From positions 1 through 48,767 of IMG/VR virus record IMGVR_UViG_2716884425_000003: a DNA stretch of 48,767 nucleotides, one strand, 5' to 3'. Below, in pieces: positions 47,201 through 48,767 of this stretch. The stretch's first letter is position 1, and each line of letters opens with the position of its first letter. Both the position numbers and the translations under genes were made by a program. The notes below the pieces were generated by a model. That model saw only the letters and a program-made list of their open reading frames with translations. It was not told the DNA's origin and searched no databases. The stretch is from a virus.

Positions 47201-48172
47201 ATCTGTATGACAATACTGAGTAAAAAAGATGTTTCCACTAGCTGGAGTACCCTCATGCGCATTACCCTTGGTATAATAACTAACTGTTAAAAGATCGGCC
47301 ATATGGCCAGCTTGCTGCGCGGCCTCACAATCAGAAGATCCCGCTTCAGCCACCGTACCGTCTTCAAGATAGCAACATCCATCCCTCTCTAATTTTATTT
47401 CAGCGTAAGCATAACCCGCGTTGCTATTATCGTCACATTCACAGGTAGCATCCACATCCGCTACGCCAGCATTTGGCACAGAATAATCCCTACTATAAAC
47501 AATCGCTTCGTGCAATCCTGAACCAGTATGAGGGGGAATACCACTTGTGCCCGTAGAAAAACCCAAACGATGGTCTACATGCGGGGTAGCATCTGCGTCT
47601 CCAAAGGTTTCAGTAAACCCTGTGTATCTCCAAATGACTTCATCTAAACCTACGCCTTGTGGCGTAATCCTAGACATTTTAAGGGCGTTTTGTATGTAAT
47701 TGAAGCCGTCTTTATCATACATAACAAAATTGTTCGCCTTATTACAGTCGCCCACACATAAATCTATACCTATAAATGAAATCTCTAAATCTCCCACTAA
47801 AGTAGCAACCATATCAAAAGAATCGTTTACTATTTTAAATGGACCAACTATCATTGGCACTAACAGCCCATTGTCATTTCCAAATGTGTGTCCCTTGCTT
47901 GAGTCCCCATCACTTCGGAACACGGTATTATCTCCATACGCAATAACTAAAGCTGCGTCAAAAAAGTAAGGTTCATCCCTGCCCTCTACATTTTCATTTA
48001 TGTAAATTGATGGAACATCATTAAGTGTGTAATTACCACTTTCATTCTTTTCTAATAAAGTGCCACCAGTATCTCTCAATTCAAACCCGGGAGCAGAAGA
48101 TAAATTAATATCCAATTGAACTGGATATTCAACTTCAGAAAACTCAAAGTCATATATTTTTTCTATAGCCAT
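44252..48172 (-). CDS. 1306-aa modular Cys-rich protein with five Thr/Pro/Ser linkers, probably a virion surface/adhesin protein
   Basis: TPT repeats separate domains; 'LDW...DLDLYV' (YfaP/DUF2135-like); two related 'HNG..Y...I.Y/W...WR' modules; 'DCxxC' motifs. Confidence 0.8.
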   Translation of the reverse strand: MAIEKIYDFEFSEVEYPVQLDINLSSAPGFELRDTGGTLLEKNESGNYTLNDVPSIYINENVEGRDEPYFFDAALVIAYGDNTVFRSDGDSSKGHTFGNDNGLLVPMIVGPFKIVNDSFDMVATLVGDLEISFIGIDLCVGDCNKANNFVMYDKDGFNYIQNALKMSRITPQGVGLDEVIWRYTGFTETFGDADATPHVDHRLGFSTGTSGIPPHTGSGLHEAIVYSRDYSVPNAGVADVDATCECDDNSNAGYAYAEIKLERDGCCYLEDGTVAEAGSSDCEAAQQAGHMADLLTVSYYTKGNAHEGTPASGNIFFTQYCHTDFYNSINGLSFPNDNTSCTLTGDFPNVGKNGECFIEIEDCGEIVGAVNATPTQGPTCTVTTTQTPTATKSETPTQTASPTETSIDSPTATEYAERRVVIGLMPCSFTGTLKDYRDAGMPGLIAIFLDENHAGGNFLNSSQAYKTGGGCFTGGVLYGDRRASFVALIELNSSGVPTYSNDSRNPARYRGRAVGGTTRDIYNRASGPTHATLQDAFPDLQIFVDCPACEFTETPTASETPTISATATDTGSATPSSTLSATESASASATASVSATPTQTDTATQTDTATNTPTESATDTPTESATDTPTQTDTPTQTDTPTSTATATQLTPTSTATATVTDICPQCIEVKSTGSYGNSGDGLYEKEGYHNGRPYWKSKHSWASDPNGHIYWCSSARRWRLTGTLGTSSYCGGSTGLGVILESVDGEDDCPSDATWKAFDMSLGWVYLHLTALGHGKILTARPDCTTSTATVTPTETATDTPTESATDTPTITHTVTATQPYGGTSTVTSTDSPADCDYDITFKLDWPAGDPYPDLDLYVKYDKASDAVYYGQSSQSATGSELCETWELQFVDDIYAGCSSSTSDPPEQINGFMQSDGGFKVWYNQHSDCAAAPSWVSGSIVIDNKGQDDIEINGTGISAGSSLTIDGLTWDYGGYNAGSQPDYTGGTLYQIAGCNCPTQSASATPTNTYTPTPSSTPTSTTEGEKCLTIESAGTSLNSSLSLSPLEDIIYSDDGYMTHNGVQRYRIKEWPHRIYEWSSLHSTSVNIFYSGDYWRVWKHQGGYGFPGDEELSVASSTGGDLPSDVSYPNLTIAWNDCGTTPTSTVTETPSATPTVTAVETATATHTPTPTATEATGDEGGGGDSDCCDCDSAIYAMQACGSSDTILVFGNENQSQEDNSYSASSPYIIIGSLDESILCEPFCARFVSYTVDGYTYNPGEDIYGSNPDPATVVATVLSDSVVEGVTNGGTATTYADCTACQNDCDNC
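46195..46400 (-). repeat. Coding tandem repeats (18- and 24-bp units: TPTQTD, TPTESATD, TATQTD)
   Basis: tatccgtagcgctctcggtcgg x2, tatcagtctgagttg x2, tatctgtttg(a/g)gtcggcg x2. Confidence 0.9.
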
Positions 48173-48767
48173 TAGTATCTCCTAACACCCGCTCCGCCGC
48201 GTATGCTCCTTCCTAAATTCATTCTTGGCGAGTAGCTATAGGAGTAAGGTCTCCTATAAACATAATATGCCCTACGCCAACTGCTATAATAATAAGGATT
48301 ATAATAGTAATAATATGGTCTAAACCAAGCATTTCGCTGCCACTGTCCGGTCCTACTAACTCTCCAACCACCCCACCAATACCAACCCCAATACCACCAA
48401 CCCCAACCGTAATTATGACTAACTATTTGAGGTAACACTTTATGATTCAATGTAAAAGTTAGCTCTGACTTAGTAAGCGCATCGTCCCAATTGAAATTAT
48501 CGTCTTTTGGATTAGAAGCGAACTCAACCTTAATTGTCCAAGTTTCGTTTGCTGCTGGTGTACCTTTCCAATCTAGGTATACTCGTTTTGCTCCCCCTCT
48601 GTACCAAGTGTAATAATGAAAAGAGTAATCATAAATTTGCAAAAAATGTATACCACTTGAGTGACTGGTCATCAACGTGTTCTGTGTTTGCCATCCAGAG
48701 CTAGAACCATTGACTGTTATTTTGTAAGCTCCGCATCGTCCAGTTTGATTGTAGATGTATCCATAGG
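48172..48767 (-). CDS. Partial (starts beyond right edge) protein with an extremely Trp/Tyr/Arg-rich C-terminus
   Basis: The frame of track ORF 48172..48675 has no stop up to 48767 (...YGYIYNQTGRCGAYKITVNG...). Confidence 0.85.
   Translation of the reverse strand, partial: YGYIYNQTGRCGAYKITVNGSSSGWQTQNTLMTSHSSGIHFLQIYDYSFHYYTWYRGGAKRVYLDWKGTPAANETWTIKVEFASNPKDDNFNWDDALTKSELTFTLNHKVLPQIVSHNYGWGWWYWGWYWWGGWRVSRTGQWQRNAWFRPYYYYYNPYYYSSWRRAYYVYRRPYSYSYSPRMNLGRSIRGGAGVRRY

Noticed and set aside
48172-48420. Tyr/Trp-rich tail as the variable region of a diversity-generating retroelement
   Set aside because: No template repeat or reverse transcriptase is visible in the window.
1-48767. Stop-codon reassignment
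   Set aside because: Genes are full length and tightly packed under the standard code, and TAA, TAG and TGA are all used as stops.

Overview
An AT-rich, gene-dense 48.8-kb segment of a large tailed dsDNA phage, read in the standard genetic code. It looks siphovirus-like: it has a tail tube, a very long tape measure protein and a lambda-type M/L/K/I/J tail tip, and I see no sheath gene. The left part (about 1.1-15.6 kb) carries DNA and nucleotide metabolism genes: a RecA/UvsX-like recombinase, a Vsr-like endonuclease, NrdA/NrdB, a dNMP kinase, a dCMP deaminase, a putative annealing protein, a putative SSB and a sigma factor. Glycan genes are interspersed with them (gmd, two glycosyltransferases, a sulfotransferase). 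The right part (15.6-48.8 kb) is virion morphogenesis plus large Cys-rich proteins with Thr/Pro linkers; another such protein is cut by the left edge. Main observations: (1) a roughly 340-nt ORF-free, heavily base-paired minus-strand element with its own promoter and terminator, a candidate large ncRNA, plus a second roughly 70-nt structured RNA; (2) a tape measure protein with five G[FH][IV]PN[FL] motifs bracketing inserted modules, two of which look like PD-(D/E)xK nucleases, suggesting an injected cargo polyprotein; (3) an NrdB lacking the radical tyrosine (class Ic/R2c signature); (4) two promoter classes that often sit so close to start codons that the mRNAs would be leaderless; (5) a possible self-glycosylation/sulfation system for mucin-like virion proteins. 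All family assignments come from motifs recognised by eye and RNA structures from manual pairing; no searches or folding programs were run.
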